From NCBI GenBank assembly GCA_965235115.1, contig OZ249438.1, positions 37,882,001-37,946,000 on the forward strand: a stretch of DNA of 64,000 nucleotides, given 5' to 3'. A model generated the notes under the pieces. That model made no database searches, was not told where the DNA came from, and saw nothing but the letters and a program-made list of their open reading frames with translations. The DNA is from Laetmonice hystrix (Eukaryota). How positions within the stretch are numbered: the first letter of the stretch is position 1; every line of letters begins with the position of its first letter. This document shows positions 12,926 through 25,661 of this stretch, piece after piece. The translations under genes and the position numbers were made by a program.

Positions 12926-12982
12926 CCTGACGAGGAATGCCGCTCCGAAACGGTATCTCGCACTTTTCGTCGGCCAGTAAAA
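12921..12982 (+). ncRNA. Candidate type I hammerhead ribozyme core (Penelope-like element terminus?)
   Basis: CTGACGA (12927-12933); stem II GGA/TCC (12934-36/12944-46); GAAA (12947-50); stem III ACGG/TCGT (12950-53/12967-70); GUC triplet (12969-71). Stem I pairing is weak. Confidence 0.45.
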
Positions 12983-14399
12983 CCCCTGTGGTATTGTTCG
13001 CTTGGGGTCACCCTTATGTACACGTATCGTTAAAACGCTATAATAGATCTTAGATTCGCAGGAAGAACTTACGAATATAGAGCTACAAATGAACGGTTAC
13101 GGCTCACTAGGCTACACTGAATTAGAGAATGATTGTGTGAGGGTCTACAAGAATGACTCAATTTTTAGGTGCTGAAATTTCTATTCGGTTTGAAACCATT
13201 ATAATAGCAGCCTTCTCCGGCGTCGCCTTGTTAGTTTCTGCCACAGCAATTTCAAATCTATAGGTCCTAAATCATGATCATGCAATTGTGTTTGTTAATG
13301 AAAGTAGACCTTGTCCTCCATGGGATTTGGGCAAAATACGAAACTCTAAATCGGAAATACCGCCATGTAGTTTTCCACCTGGGCAATCCGATAGTCATGC
13401 AGTGAAAAATCAGGTGATTCATTTAATGACAGCTTGGGGGATAAAGGTAATTGTGGCACAGTCAAATGTAAAAACAATACATCAACATTTTTTGTAACAG
13501 GTCCGCCACATGTGAAAAAGTACGTCAAATGTAAAAACAGAAACGTACGTCATTTTTAAAAACAATCGATGTCAACAATCGATGTAAAGAAAATTGATGT
13601 TGCAGGTCAATTTATTTACATTTGCCGGTGCAACAATCAACACACACACTCACATGCGTCATAGGGTGTAGCCAAAGGTTAATGCAGGGGGTTACAGAAA
13701 TAGTAATTGTGTAAAATGCGGGTATTGACCATATTGATGACCAATGATCATTTTCTTTGGCACGGGGGTGGGGGGTGGTTACAGACACCCCTGGCTACGA
13801 CCATGTGTAAAGAAAAACATCCAATGAACTGTGCAGTCTTGTCCTTGAATGCCTAGCTCAAGTCCATTTTTTACATAGATCTATATGGAACACGTGTACG
13901 AATTTATCAAACCCCTCACGCGAACCTATTTAAAACCAACTGTTTAGTGATAAGCAAGTTGATGTCTGCGGATTATTTCGCCAGTTATTAACTAACGCCG
14001 CCAGGGTGCGGTCGCCCTGCATCGCCGTGATGAGGACTACTTTAGTAGGCTATCCAAATGAGGGCGCGATGACCGATAGGGGGCGGTACTGTCGCACATA
14101 AACTGCCTGGAGGCCAATGACTCTATGTTTACGTTATTACTAACCACATTTATCGGCAGCATGTCCAGCCTGCCAGGAGATTGGTGTTACGTTGTGTGTG
14201 CCAGGCGTAACGATGAGTTGATAAAAACACGGAACGTTAGTTCCTCATTTAGATGTTGGTGACGGTTATATTTCGATGTTCATAACCAAAGCACTGAGAA
14301 AATAAAGGATTCATATGCTTTAATTTTCAGCAATCTGGTGTCATATCTGCTCACTTAGATTGTCATGTCAGAGCGTAGGGCTGGTTTGAAACTGGCGAC

Positions 14400-15183
14400 G
14401 AGGTCTCTGAACGTGCCAACCATAACCCACAGACCCCTGAACGTGCCATCTATAACCCACAGACCCCAGAACGTGCCATCTATAACCCACAGACCCCAGA
14501 ACGTGCCATCTATAACCCACAGACCCTGAACGTGCTCCTTCCGTATACCATAGACTCGTGAACGTGCCACCCATAACCCACAGACCCTGAACGTGCTCCT
14601 TCCGTATACCATAGACTCGTGAACGTGCCACCCATAACCCACAGACCCCTGAACGTGCTCCCTCCGTATACCATAGACCCCTGAACGTGCCCTCCATAAC
14701 CCACAGACCCCTGAACGTGCCCCCCCCGTATAGCCTACCATAGACCCGTGAACGTGCCACCCGTATACCATAGACCCGTGAACGTGCCACCCGTATACCA
14801 TAGACCCATTAACGTGCCACCCGTATACCATAGACCCGTGAACGTACCACCCATAACCCACAGACCCTGAACGTGCCATTCATAACCCACAGACCCTGAA
14901 CGTGCTCCCCCCCGTATACCATAGACCCGTGAACGTGCCATCCATAACCTACAGACCCCCGAACGTGCCATTCATAACCCACAGACCCCTGAACGTGCTC
15001 CCTCCGTATACCATAGACCCGTGAACGTGCCATCCTAACCTACAGACCCCCGAACGTGCCATACATAAGCACAGACCCCTGAACGTGCTCCCTCCGTATA
15101 CCATAGACCCGTGAACGTGCCATCCTAACCTACAGACCCCCGAACGTGCCATACATAAGCACAGACCCCTGAACGTGCCACCC
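14400..15183. repeat. Compound ~29-33-bp minisatellite
   Basis: Interleaved variants of GAACGTGCCACCCGTATACCATAGACCCGT and GAACGTGCCATCTATAACCCACAGACCCCT. This explains the overlapping repetitive ORFs at 14355-15227. Confidence 0.9.
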
Positions 15184-15220
15184 AGTCTTGCCCTTACATT
15201 GCATGACTGTGTGAATTGTG

Positions 15221-15234
15221 CTGCCACCTAGCGG
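15221..15234 (-). promoter_or_regulatory. CTCF-like motif
   Basis: Minus strand reads CCGCTAGGTGGCAG, matching the CTCF core CCASYAGRKGGCRS. It lies between the convergent 3' ends of the Cys-rich gene and the MTR kinase-like gene. Confidence 0.45.
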
Positions 15235-15668
15235 TAAGGCACCATTGTTGTAATGAATATTTCATTAAAGGTAATATGTCATGAATTTCAAATAATACGT
15301 CGTGTTTCAGCAAAAGTATGTCTGCATTCCGATATGCCCCATGTTTATGTAGCTTTGGCCGGCATTTTGTCAAATAAATCGCCAATTCTTAATGCCGTCA
15401 CTGAAAATGACACACTTAGATTCTGAGACCCCCTGATTTACAGCCGGCTGTGTTTTGCACCCTTTTCACACGATCGGCGGATGGACCATAGTCCCACTGT
15501 TTACAGTTTTAATTTTAATTTTAACAACTCAGCTGGGGGGGGGGGGCGGTTAGACTCGTGCAGTATAGGCCTACCCCACCCTGAATTCGTCAGCGTGTCA
15601 GTGTCTGAGGGCCGGTGTGACCTATCGTGTTCCGGGAGGGGGGGGGCACGGGATTGCTGGGAGCGGCG

Positions 15669-18314
15669 TCAGGGTGACGGTCCCACCGTCATGACCCTAA
15701 TGAAGTCACCGGGCGTGGTAACACGTTCATGTTGCTCCAGCATCCGCATCCCTATCTCCATGGAAACACGTTTAGCGTGAGGCACGTCCTCCAGTTCTCG
15801 GTAGACGGCGACACAGTATGGCCTGGTGGCAGGAGACGAAATAAAAGTAAAAGACCAGATTTTTTTTTTTTGGGGGGGGGGGGGTGTGTCATGTGGTGGG
15901 ACAAAATGAGGCCAACGGAGATGTAGTCAGAAGAACCTCGGGCATCCGCCCCAATTTGCAGGAAGTCGGGTGTTCAGGGTGCAAGAGTAGATGTGGCCAT
16001 CCTTCTAACGCTAGTGTAACGCAGTGAGTGGGTCGATATATTGGCTAGGTGCAAGAGGTGTATTTCACAAGCTAACACACCTCAGAAATATCAGATGTGG
16101 AGAGGTTTTAAAGAAAACTTACGGTCTGATAGTCTCTACGGCTGTAAACCCTGCAATCTCTGTCATCATTTCATTAATATACGCTTCACTTTTTCCGCTT
16201 TTACGAACTTCTTCCACGTACGTTTCCACTGAAAAATGCAGATTATTAACGTGATAAGGGTAAAACAGAATGGCTTCGTCTCGATCTTTGACCATCACTA
16301 ATCTCTTTTAGAAAGGGAATATCATGCCTGTTCATAGAAGATCAGGAATTTTAAATCTATCGTCATTCGACAGACGTCAACCGAAACTTCTGATTAAGGC
16401 ATCGACTATGCCGAAACTACGTCCTCTTTGTGCTATATAGGACCTACACAATTTCTGAGTTACGTCTGCTTACGAATGGTTAAGGTCATATCCGCTAGGT
16501 GCGCTGCTTCATTTTTGTTTCCCAAGACGGCGTGGCGAGCGTAGCCAAAGACAAGAAATATCAACTGGGAGGTGATGTCGTAACAAAACGGTCCTAACCC
16601 AGCAAACTCCATGTCAGTCACCTATACACGGAATCAACAGGAGGAAAGCACGTGTGAATGTACGTCATGTCGATGGCATTGGCAACCTCGAGTTGACATC
16701 GAGCGCTTTAAGACAGCCGTACAGGAAGTCATGCGCGAATATTTTCCTGATCACTGCATGTTTCGAATTTGAACGTAGATTATGCGCGCATTATTTACCG
16801 GCCACATTACAGTGCCGTGCCTAGGGGGCAGGGGGCAGTTCCCCAGTAATCACGGTGAAAAAGTGCCCTTTTATGCATGAACAGATGCCCTTTTTAAGAG
16901 TGAATTCATCTTGGTGACCAAGGTGACCTTCTGAACCTAGCTCTGTCGCCCAATTTTAGGTAGAGTAATGCAGGGTCATATGTATGGCCCTGCATTACTG
17001 TACTTGTCCTAGTCCTTAGCGTCCCAGCATAGGTATATGAAAACTTTCCGATGTATTCTGATGTATTACCATGTATTTGTCGCCTTGTATAAGGATTGAA
17101 TTCGAGTTGAGGTCTCCATGAATGAGACACTCCCGCCGCTCCGTCATCAGTCGGTAGAACTTGTCGTAGTAAGGGGTCAGTCGGTGCCTCTTGCTCAATA
17201 ACTCCTCGAACGCCAGCCTCGTTTCGGGCACAAATCGCGTCATCTCGTGAGATTCCAGAAACTGCGTCTTGAACAAGTGGTTGCAGAGAAACGTACGCAT
17301 CGTCAAATCGCTGCGACAAGTAAACGGCACAAGGTTATAACACTTCCACATGGAAAGTGGGAACAGCGACTTGTGTTTTCTTAAATCGGGTGAAATACTG
17401 AATTCTGGATGTGAAAGAATGATTCCTGCACGGGCTGCCAAAGCTTACTTGAATTCCTCCTCCATTGTACGGAAGGCTGCCGGCGTCATATTGGACCGGT
17501 GGGTGGCAGTGGCAACCTTCACACACAGACGCGCCAGCTCCTGGACGGAGTGCTTGTTAAGTCGGCCGTGGATAATATCCTCACCTTGACTCCTCACACC
17601 ACCCAGGTCGGACATCACAACTAATCGGAAAAAGTGGTGCATCAGGGGTAGCCAACCTATACTTATCAGACCACAATGCTGCTGCGACTCATCGTAAACT
17701 TAGCAAAGCCTTCATTTGCTGTGGCATTTGCAGCAGATAGTAAATGACTAGGTCTATATAACATAACCATCGAGAGTAGGCTACCTTTTCGATATTAATA
17801 AATACAAATGTAATATCATAGGCCTACATGCATTGTTTTCTACATCCAGGCAGAATGGCTCGGGTGTGTAATCTGGGACGATTTGGTGGAACCGTTTGAG
17901 TGCGCGGTACTCCATGACATTGCGAGTCGGGGAGAGAGGTTGACCGGGCCCTGCACACTGCCAAAATATACTAAACAGTATTTATCTTTCCTCACATATA
18001 TTGACCTTGTGTACAGAAATCTTCTTGCCCATTCAACGAAAGCCTTGATTTCTCATTGTGTCCACTTTAGTGACCATTGATATGACATCACAACATATTC
18101 TCATGATAAAAGAAAAGCAAGACAAAGACCGAAAATCCAACCCAAGCCCGCCATTATCTTGCCTATTTTCTGCATGACCTACCCTGGCGTAGGGGGGAGA
18201 GTACTTGATGATGATACTCGACTTGCGGTCCATGGATTCTACCCGCCAGACGTGGTTGAGGCGAGCATCTGCCAAACTTTGCCATTCCACCCTCTCCGGG
18301 TCGTCCCGGATAAA
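15669..18314 (-). CDS. 5-methylthioribose kinase-like protein (MtnK/MTK family, APH/choline kinase-like fold); 7 exons recovered, first coding exon not found
   Basis: Phase-consistent minus-strand exons: 18314-18183, 17957-17828, 17620-17449, 17310-17070, 16621-16474, 16228-16123, 15822-15669 (TGA); 360 aa. Motifs: SLADARLNHVWRV...IIIKYSPPYARCAGPGQPLSPTRNVMEYRAL, VMSDL, LIHGDLNSNS, VTDMEFAGLGPFCYDI, IAGFTAVETIR. These are collinear with MtnK GDGNLN / K..PY.R..G...PL...R...E / HGDLH / DPEF..GP..FD.G / GFAG.E.IRR. Confidence 0.85.
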
Positions 18315-18484
18315 CTATCAGGAGCAAATACACCAGTCGAAATACACATAGAAAATTGGATTATCCAGCAATATTTTGAGGTGTTTGGGAAGAAGGTAAA
18401 TTAACCTGAATTTGAAAGTAGGATTTAAGTCCGCCGGAATGTAAGTCTCCCGGAATATAAATCCGTCGGACCAGCTGCAGCAGG

Positions 18485-18625
18485 GGATCGTTTCACTAAA
18501 CACTCGTATTTTACGAGCTCGTATTTTCTATAGATTATAAAAGTAAAATGTACTTTTTTTTAGTTTTTCTTGTTTACGAGCCATACGGCCATATACGAGC
18601 TCGTACAGCCTTAGTGAAATGAGCC
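18485..18625. mobile_element. Small MITE-like element with imperfect TIRs
   Basis: GGATCGTTTCACTAA...TACGAGCTCGTA at the left versus TACGAGCTCGTA...TTAGTGAAATGAGCC at the right. Confidence 0.55.
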
Positions 18626-18694
18626 CGGTCGACCACTTCATGGTATAAGAAAATAGAATTAAAAACATCTAGTAGTATTAGAGTTAAACCTACA

Positions 18695-19010
18695 GCAAAA
18701 GTTCCTCACTAACGTACCTTTGAACACCAGTAACACCATATAAAGTGTCTAAGGTCACACCGATAAGTGGAACACTGTCTACGGCGACTTTTTAAAAATA
18801 CCGCCCGGGTCATTCGCTATTTCCTACGCGAGACAGCGGGAGCTGTATCTATTAATAGATTGAGATAATGGCCAAATAGGGTAAAGAAACCGACGAAGCC
18901 AGCGGGAGAATGTCTCTACATATTTCGGTTGATTATTCCTTTAAAGATCAGATAATCACAGAATTGTAGGTAAGAACAAGCGTGTTCATGCTGAACACCC
19001 TTATATTGAT
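18695..19010. mobile_element. Dispersed repeat; inverted copy at ~28775-29350
   Basis: AAAGTTCCTCACTAACGTACCTTTGAACACCAGTAACACCAT (~18698) is the reverse complement of ATGGTGTTACTGGTGTTCAAAGGTACGTTAGTGAGGAACTTT (~29309-29350). CATGCTGAACACCCTTAT (~18990) matches ATAAGGGTGTTCAGCATG (~28780). Confidence 0.8.
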
Positions 19011-19997
19011 AGTTTGAACTTTTTTTATTCCCTTTAAGGTTAGGATTAGTATTCGAATTATGAAGATATATCGATAAAATATACAACGTAACGAAATTTC
19101 AAGCCCTAGGAATGCATGGGAACTTCATTCGGGGACTTGGGGGACTTGGAAATCTGGTAAACCTGGTCAAACTCAAGGTGGCATGTTCCGGTGGTTGAAT
19201 GAGCTGGTCGTCGACGTACTGAAGACAATACAAACTGTTAACAATAGCTAGCAGAGATACCTGATTATAGACTCTCACCACAGATTTTAATCTTTATGAT
19301 TCTATCGAATTCAACACACTATAGATAAGATAACATTATGGGCATCGGACAGTAGAAACCCGAACTAAATATAAAAATATGTGCAGAGTGTATTCAGTCC
19401 TATATTTTCAGATGAAGCCATAATGTTGCCTGTGACCGCGTATCAATACAATACTGATAGCGACGAACACGGCAGCCTGGCTTAGCTAAAAGATAGGTAG
19501 TTTGTTCCATAAGGCTGGTCCCTTATATCAGTTTGACTTCTTAAATAGTTTAATTTAATTACTATTAGCCTCGGGGCATAAATTACCTGTATTAAATACA
19601 GAAATTTTTGTATTAAATTCAAAAAGTTTTTGTATTAAATACAACAAGTTTTTCTATTATCCAAGTCAAGGATAGGTTAGTTGTGTGACCCAATTTGAAT
19701 CTCATAAACTAAAAATTAACTAATTAGCAAACACCATATTTCTTCTGCGTATAATGTAGCATGTTAGATTAAACCATGAAGGCAAATGAACATAAAATGA
19801 AATGACATTATCAGGCTGAACGTGGGGGGGGGGGGGGCGAGTACACGCCCCCTAAATCCGTCACTGCATAGCAATCGGTAGGTCTATTATATGTGGAGAG
19901 TGTCAACACAAACAGGCCCGTAGGCAGCCTTCCAGGTGGGTGGGGGGGGGGGGGGGACTTCGATGGGCGGAACAAGGTATGGTTGGGCAGTCTAGGA

Positions 19998-20290
19998 CAG
20001 GGCCGTAGCTAGAAATTTCTGAGTTGGGGGGGGGGGGCAGTTATGGGTGGATCCAGGAGAAGGCGAAGGCTCCAAGACGTGAACGGGGTGTCTGGGGGCC
20101 CTCCCCCATAAAAAAATGAAAATTACAGGGCCAAATACGCGTTTTCCTGGCATCTGGGAAATAAATCCAAGGTTTTCCAGAGCCTATCCAGCACTAAAGG
20201 GTGGAACAAAATCTTAGGGGACGGGCAACTGGCGGGGGGGGGGGGGGGGGTCGTCCGATCCCCCCCCCCACCCCCCTGGCTACGGGCCTG
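19998..20290. mobile_element. G-rich hAT-like MITE (CAGGG... termini)
   Basis: TIR CAGGGCCGTAGCTAG / CTGGCTACGGGCCTG (2 mismatches); no TSD retained. Related fragments at ~13670-13800 and ~43870-43915. Confidence 0.55.
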
Positions 20291-20684
20291 ACAATGTTAC
20301 CAATATGCCTCCAAATAAACATACTTGCAGTTGTTTAACATCCGTATTTCCAACAGCGATGGATTTGATTTTATCACGAACCTCCCTGTCCTCCATTACT
20401 AGTCGGATAGAGTAACGACACACCGTATACGTCTGTCTGATACAGAACTATCTGAGGTTTGTAAGGGTATGTAGGTTAGTAAGGTCACCATGGTGCAAAC
20501 ACACTTTTAAAGGGTCACTGCCAGTCTGGGTCACCACTCTCTTGCTTCACGAGAGTCTGGGCAAGTTTGTGCAGTGAAGTTATTCGTCGCAGGGTGGCGT
20601 GATAGTAGCACGGCCCCCTCCCCCACTCGTGCCCCCATGAAATGTTTCGCACAAATCAGCCTGTGGCTCAATATTTTCTTACGC

Positions 20685-20790
20685 GTGGCGCCAATCGGAG
20701 CGACCGACCCATTTCCGGTTTACTTTGCTGTTAGGTACTGGACTCGGACAGAAAGAACGCCATCTTGCTCGGCTGACGTCACACAACTAT
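20685..20790. promoter_or_regulatory. Candidate promoter (CCAAT, ETS and CRE motifs in a GC-rich patch)
   Basis: GCCAATCGG, ATTTCCGG and TGACGTCA within ~90 bp, upstream of the MTR kinase-like gene on the minus strand. Assignment is inferred. Confidence 0.35.
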
Positions 20791-21314
20791 TTTCAAAATG
20801 TACACACAGAGTCAAATCGACTTCCAACAATGCACTGGTGCCATAGTATCTGCATCATCAGATCCTACGCCAGTGAAGGGGGCGTATCGAAGAAATGCAT
20901 TGAAGCAGTACAAATAGTCCAGCAAAGTAGTTTGCATTCGAACTGTTTCAACCCAAATTAGATACATTTAAATCTTTAAGAACAATGACATGAAGTGATA
21001 AACAACCTCTGATAATGTAAGCAATGTTTGATTATAAATATTTTGTGAGTAGTAGTTAACTGCTCGCAGGTGTCCATTTGACTCTGACACTAGTCCCGGC
21101 CTGTCCCACAATACACAACCAGAAGAGGTTGATTCCAGCAAAAGCGACCTCTGGTGGAAGTTTGGCTATATGTGCGGTAAATAGACCAATCAGCTGCGAG
21201 CTTCGTCACGACATTTAAGTGTTCTGTAAATGTCGTCAAACGACATAAATTTACGGTTACGACACTTGTGGTTGCCACAGACCCACCCTTAATTCTTTCT
21301 GAGCCATAAAGGAC

Positions 21315-22305
21315 GCTACAGCAGAGAGGATCAGAATGGCGTGCCCACACCGTTTCCGTTTCCGGGTAGACAGCCCTGTTACAGCAGAGAGGATCAGAAT
21401 GGCGTGCCCACACCGTTTCCGTTTCCGGGTAGACAGCCCGGTTACAGCAGAGAGGATCAGAATGGTGTGCCCACACCGTTTCCGTTTCCGGTTAGACAGC
21501 CCGGTTACAGCAGAGAGGATCAGAATGGCGTGCCCACACCGTTTCCGTTTCCGGGTAGACAGCCCGGTTACAGCAGAGAGGATCAGAATGGCGTGCCCAC
21601 ACCGTTTCCGTTTCCGGGTAGACAGCCCGGTTACAGCAGAGAGGATCAGAATGGCGTGCCCACACCGTTTCCGTTTCCGGGTAGACAGCCCGGTTACAGC
21701 AGAGAGGATCAGAATGGCGTGCCCACACCGTTTCCGTTTCCGGGTAGACAGCCCTGTTACAGCAGAGAGGATCAGAATGGCGTGCCCACACCGTTTCCGT
21801 TTCCGGGTAGACAGCCCGGTTACAGCAGAGAGGATCAGAATGGCGTGCCCACACCGTTTCCGTTTCCGGGTAGACAGCCCGGTTACAGCAGAGAGGATCA
21901 GAATGGCGTGCCCACACCGTTTCAGTTTCCGGGTAGACAGCCCTGTTACAGCAGAGAGGATCAGAATGGTGTGCCCACACCGTTTCAGTTTCCGGGTAGA
22001 CAGCCCGGTTACAGCAGAGAGGATCAGAATGGTGTGCCCACACCGTTTCCGTTTCCGGGTAGACAGCCCGGTTACAGCAGAGAGGATCAGAATGGTGTGC
22101 CCACACCGTTTCAGTTTCCGGGTAGACAGCCCTGTTACAGCAGAGAGGATCAGAATGGTGTGCCCACACCGTTTCCGTTTCCGGTTAGACAGCCCGGTTA
22201 CAGCAGAGAGGATCAGAATGGCGTGCCCGCACTGTTTCCGTTTCCGGGTAGACAGCCCGGTTACAGCAGAGAGGATCAGAATGGCGTGCCCACACCGTTG
22301 CCCCA
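21315..22305. repeat. 63-bp minisatellite, ~15.5 copies
   Basis: Unit GTTACAGCAGAGAGGATCAGAATGGCGTGCCCACACCGTTTCCGTTTCCGGGTAGACAGCCCG. The unit length is a multiple of 3, which produces the 225-350-aa repeat ORFs on both strands. Confidence 0.95.
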
Positions 22306-23859
22306 GCAAGATTAACTAACTCGTGTAGCCACTGTGTTTAGTGACCGATCTATATTCAACATATACCGGTAATGGTCATCTGGGTACACTATTCACCACA
22401 AATGTATTGAACTATTTGATATTTATAACTTGCTGATAACTTGAAACGTGACAAGCCGACAAAATGCTGGCTTACGGGTTCTCTCGAGGCAGCATATTCC
22501 TATGATCATGTAAAAAATTCACGAAAACTGACTTTTTGATGTTCATATAGTCTCTTTATTCATCAGATATTCATAACCATCAGAACCTATAATAGAGAGT
22601 ATTATCTTTGGGCCATTTTCCTCTGCAAAACGTACAGAGACTATTTTGTGTTTTACATGAAATATTGACTGACCGGTTAGGGTTTTCTAAGGTTCTAATT
22701 GGTTCCGTTTTCCATTCTATTTTAACGGAACGTCATCAGAGAAGCAGATGACGCCAGAATGGCGGACTTGAACATGCGGCCTCATGTGATGAAAAACGCT
22801 AGATTTCGTATAATATTTCCGACATGAGCCTATCATGACTTGGTTTGAGCTAACAGGAGACGTATACCTTCAAATATGTCAGACTAACCGGTAAGGCGGC
22901 TACAGGGGAGTAGGGTGTTCTTCAATCAAAATATATAACAGAGTTCCTTTCTGCTCTTGTGCTAACCTATAATACAACTTTGGTATAAAAGGGTTATCAA
23001 TAAATGCTACCTGCGGTCAGGGGGAAGAAATAAAACAAGCATATTTTTGTAGTGAAGATTGAAAGTTTGAGAGCAAATCCGATTCAAACATTGAAGTATT
23101 CAAACCCAGTGGGCACTGCCTATCGTAACTAACACAGTAAAGGAACCCTCAGAAGGATATATCATGCCGTTTCATATGGGCGACATCTGAAAACTATAGC
23201 TTCGAGATACACAAACCATTATGTAATTAAGTGGGTGATCCAGGATTTTGATAAGGGGGTGGGGCACCTAAAATAAATATCCCCCAATGAATTCCCCATT
23301 GACGTATGAATTAAAGGCATGCAGTGCAGTAAATAATAATCTTGTCAGCTTGTTTATTCTAGTATGGAGACGGATCAAAATGTTGTCATTTCCAAACATC
23401 AAGCCGTAAACTTATCAGGTCATGGGATCATATACTCATGATCACACCCCGGTTGGTGTCCATCCCGGGAAGGAAATAGAACAACTGGGGCGGGGCGTAT
23501 ATGAGGAAGCGCTTACTTTGCACTAACACTGCAGTAACTATGCACCCAGTCCAACAATCCGAAACACTCAGTACATCATAATCATCAGTCGCATCCTCAT
23601 GTACGCGTGTATAACAATCATTAAGGTTTTATCTAAAGATAAGTGTATAAAAATACAACATATCTAACATGGAGATAAGTGTCAGGTAACACCTCAGTAA
23701 CAACGCTAACATTCCAGCTGACAGATACAGATGGAACAAACACATTTGGAAGGTACAGCTGGACCTTACACTATTAACAGCTGACAGGTATAGGCCTACA
23801 ATGCCAAGGGTAGACCCCGAGTCCATGACACAATAGGCAGTTCACAGGCAGTAATCAAT

Positions 23860-25197
23860 CAACACCATGTAATACACAGTAATCAACCAACACCATATCA
23901 TACACAGTAGTCAATCAACGCCATGTAATACCCAGTAATCAATCAACACCATGTCGCACACAGTAATCAATCAATACCATGTAATACACAGTAATCTATC
24001 AACACCAGGTCATACACAATAATCAATCAATACCATGTCATACGCAGTAATCAATCAACACCATGTAATACACAGTAATCTATCAACACCATGTCATACA
24101 CAGTAATCAATCAACGCCATGTCATACACAGTACATGTAATCAATCAACACCATGTCATATACAGTAATCAATCAACACCATGTAATACCCAGTAATCAC
24201 TCAACACCATGTCGCACACAGTAATCAATCAATACCATGTAATACACAGTAATCTATCAACACCAGGTCATACACAATAATCAATCAATACCATGTCATA
24301 CTCAGTAATCAATCAACACCATGTAATACACAGTAATCTATCAACACCATGTCATACACAGTAATCAATCAACGCCATGTAATACCCAGTAATCAATCAA
24401 CACCATGTCGCACACAGTAATCAATCAACACCATGTCATACGCAATCACCAATCAACACCATGTCATATACAGTAATCAATCAACACCATGTCATATACA
24501 GTAATCAATCAACACCATGTCATATACAGTAATCAATCAACACCATGTCATATACAGTAATCAATCAACACCATGTAATACACAATAATCAATCAACACG
24601 ATGTAATACACAGTAATCAATCAACACCATGTAATACACAATAATCAATCAACACCATGTAATACACAGTAATCAATCAACACCATGTCATACACAGTAC
24701 ATGTAATCAATCAACACCATGTCATATACAGTAATCAATCAACACCATGTAATACACAATAATCAATCAACACCATGTAATACACAGTAATCAATCAATA
24801 CCATGTCATACGCAGTAATCAATCAACACCATGTAATACACAGTAATCAATCAACACCATGTAATACACAGAAATCAATCAACACCATGTAATACACAAT
24901 CAATCAACACCATGTAATACACAGTAATCAATCAACACCATGTCATACACAGTAATCAATCAACACCATGTAATACACAATCAATCAACACCATGTAATA
25001 CACAGTAATCAATCAACACCATGTCATACACAATAATCAATCAACACCATGTCATACACAGTAATCAATCAATACCATGTCATACACAATAATCAATCAA
25101 CACCATGTCATACACAGTAATCAATCAATACCATGTTATACGCAGTAATCAATCAACACCATGTAATACTCAGTAATCAATCAACACCAGGTCATAC
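23860..25197. repeat. 28-bp minisatellite, ~47 copies
   Basis: Unit TACACAGTAATCAATCAACACCATGT(A/C)A. Confidence 0.95.
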
Positions 25198-25661
25198 AGA
25201 GTCGGACCAAGCACACGTCTCCATCACGTTGACACTCATCACAATTATTGTCAGGAAGGATAGTTAAAGTAGGGTTATAACTGATAACAAGATGTTCTAC
25301 ATGTCCCATCTCTTATCGTCTCTATCCTTTGTCTCCAATCACAAGTCATTTCATCCAAAACAAATTAACTGCTCGCACTAAGAGCCAACACTAATACCGT
25401 TAGAAATTGCAACGAGTATACATGCATGCGCACTTCCTGACAAGTTACCAGCGTCCCCAACAATTAGGGCCGGAAATGTTATTATTACGGTCAAAATTAC
25501 AGTTGTACCTGTCTGTTCTATAGAAACCTCGTCTTACATGCCTTTAAATACACCGTGATGTAATTAAATTAACTTGATGCATCGTGATCGTGGGCCGTTC
25601 ACCACCATGTGTCGCTTAGGTTCTGTAATCTCTCACCAGAGGGCGTGCAGTGCGGTAACGG

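Noticed and set aside
14355-15227. Gly/Trp/Tyr-rich repetitive ORFs
   Set aside because: Products of a compound minisatellite in several frames, with no splice or start context.
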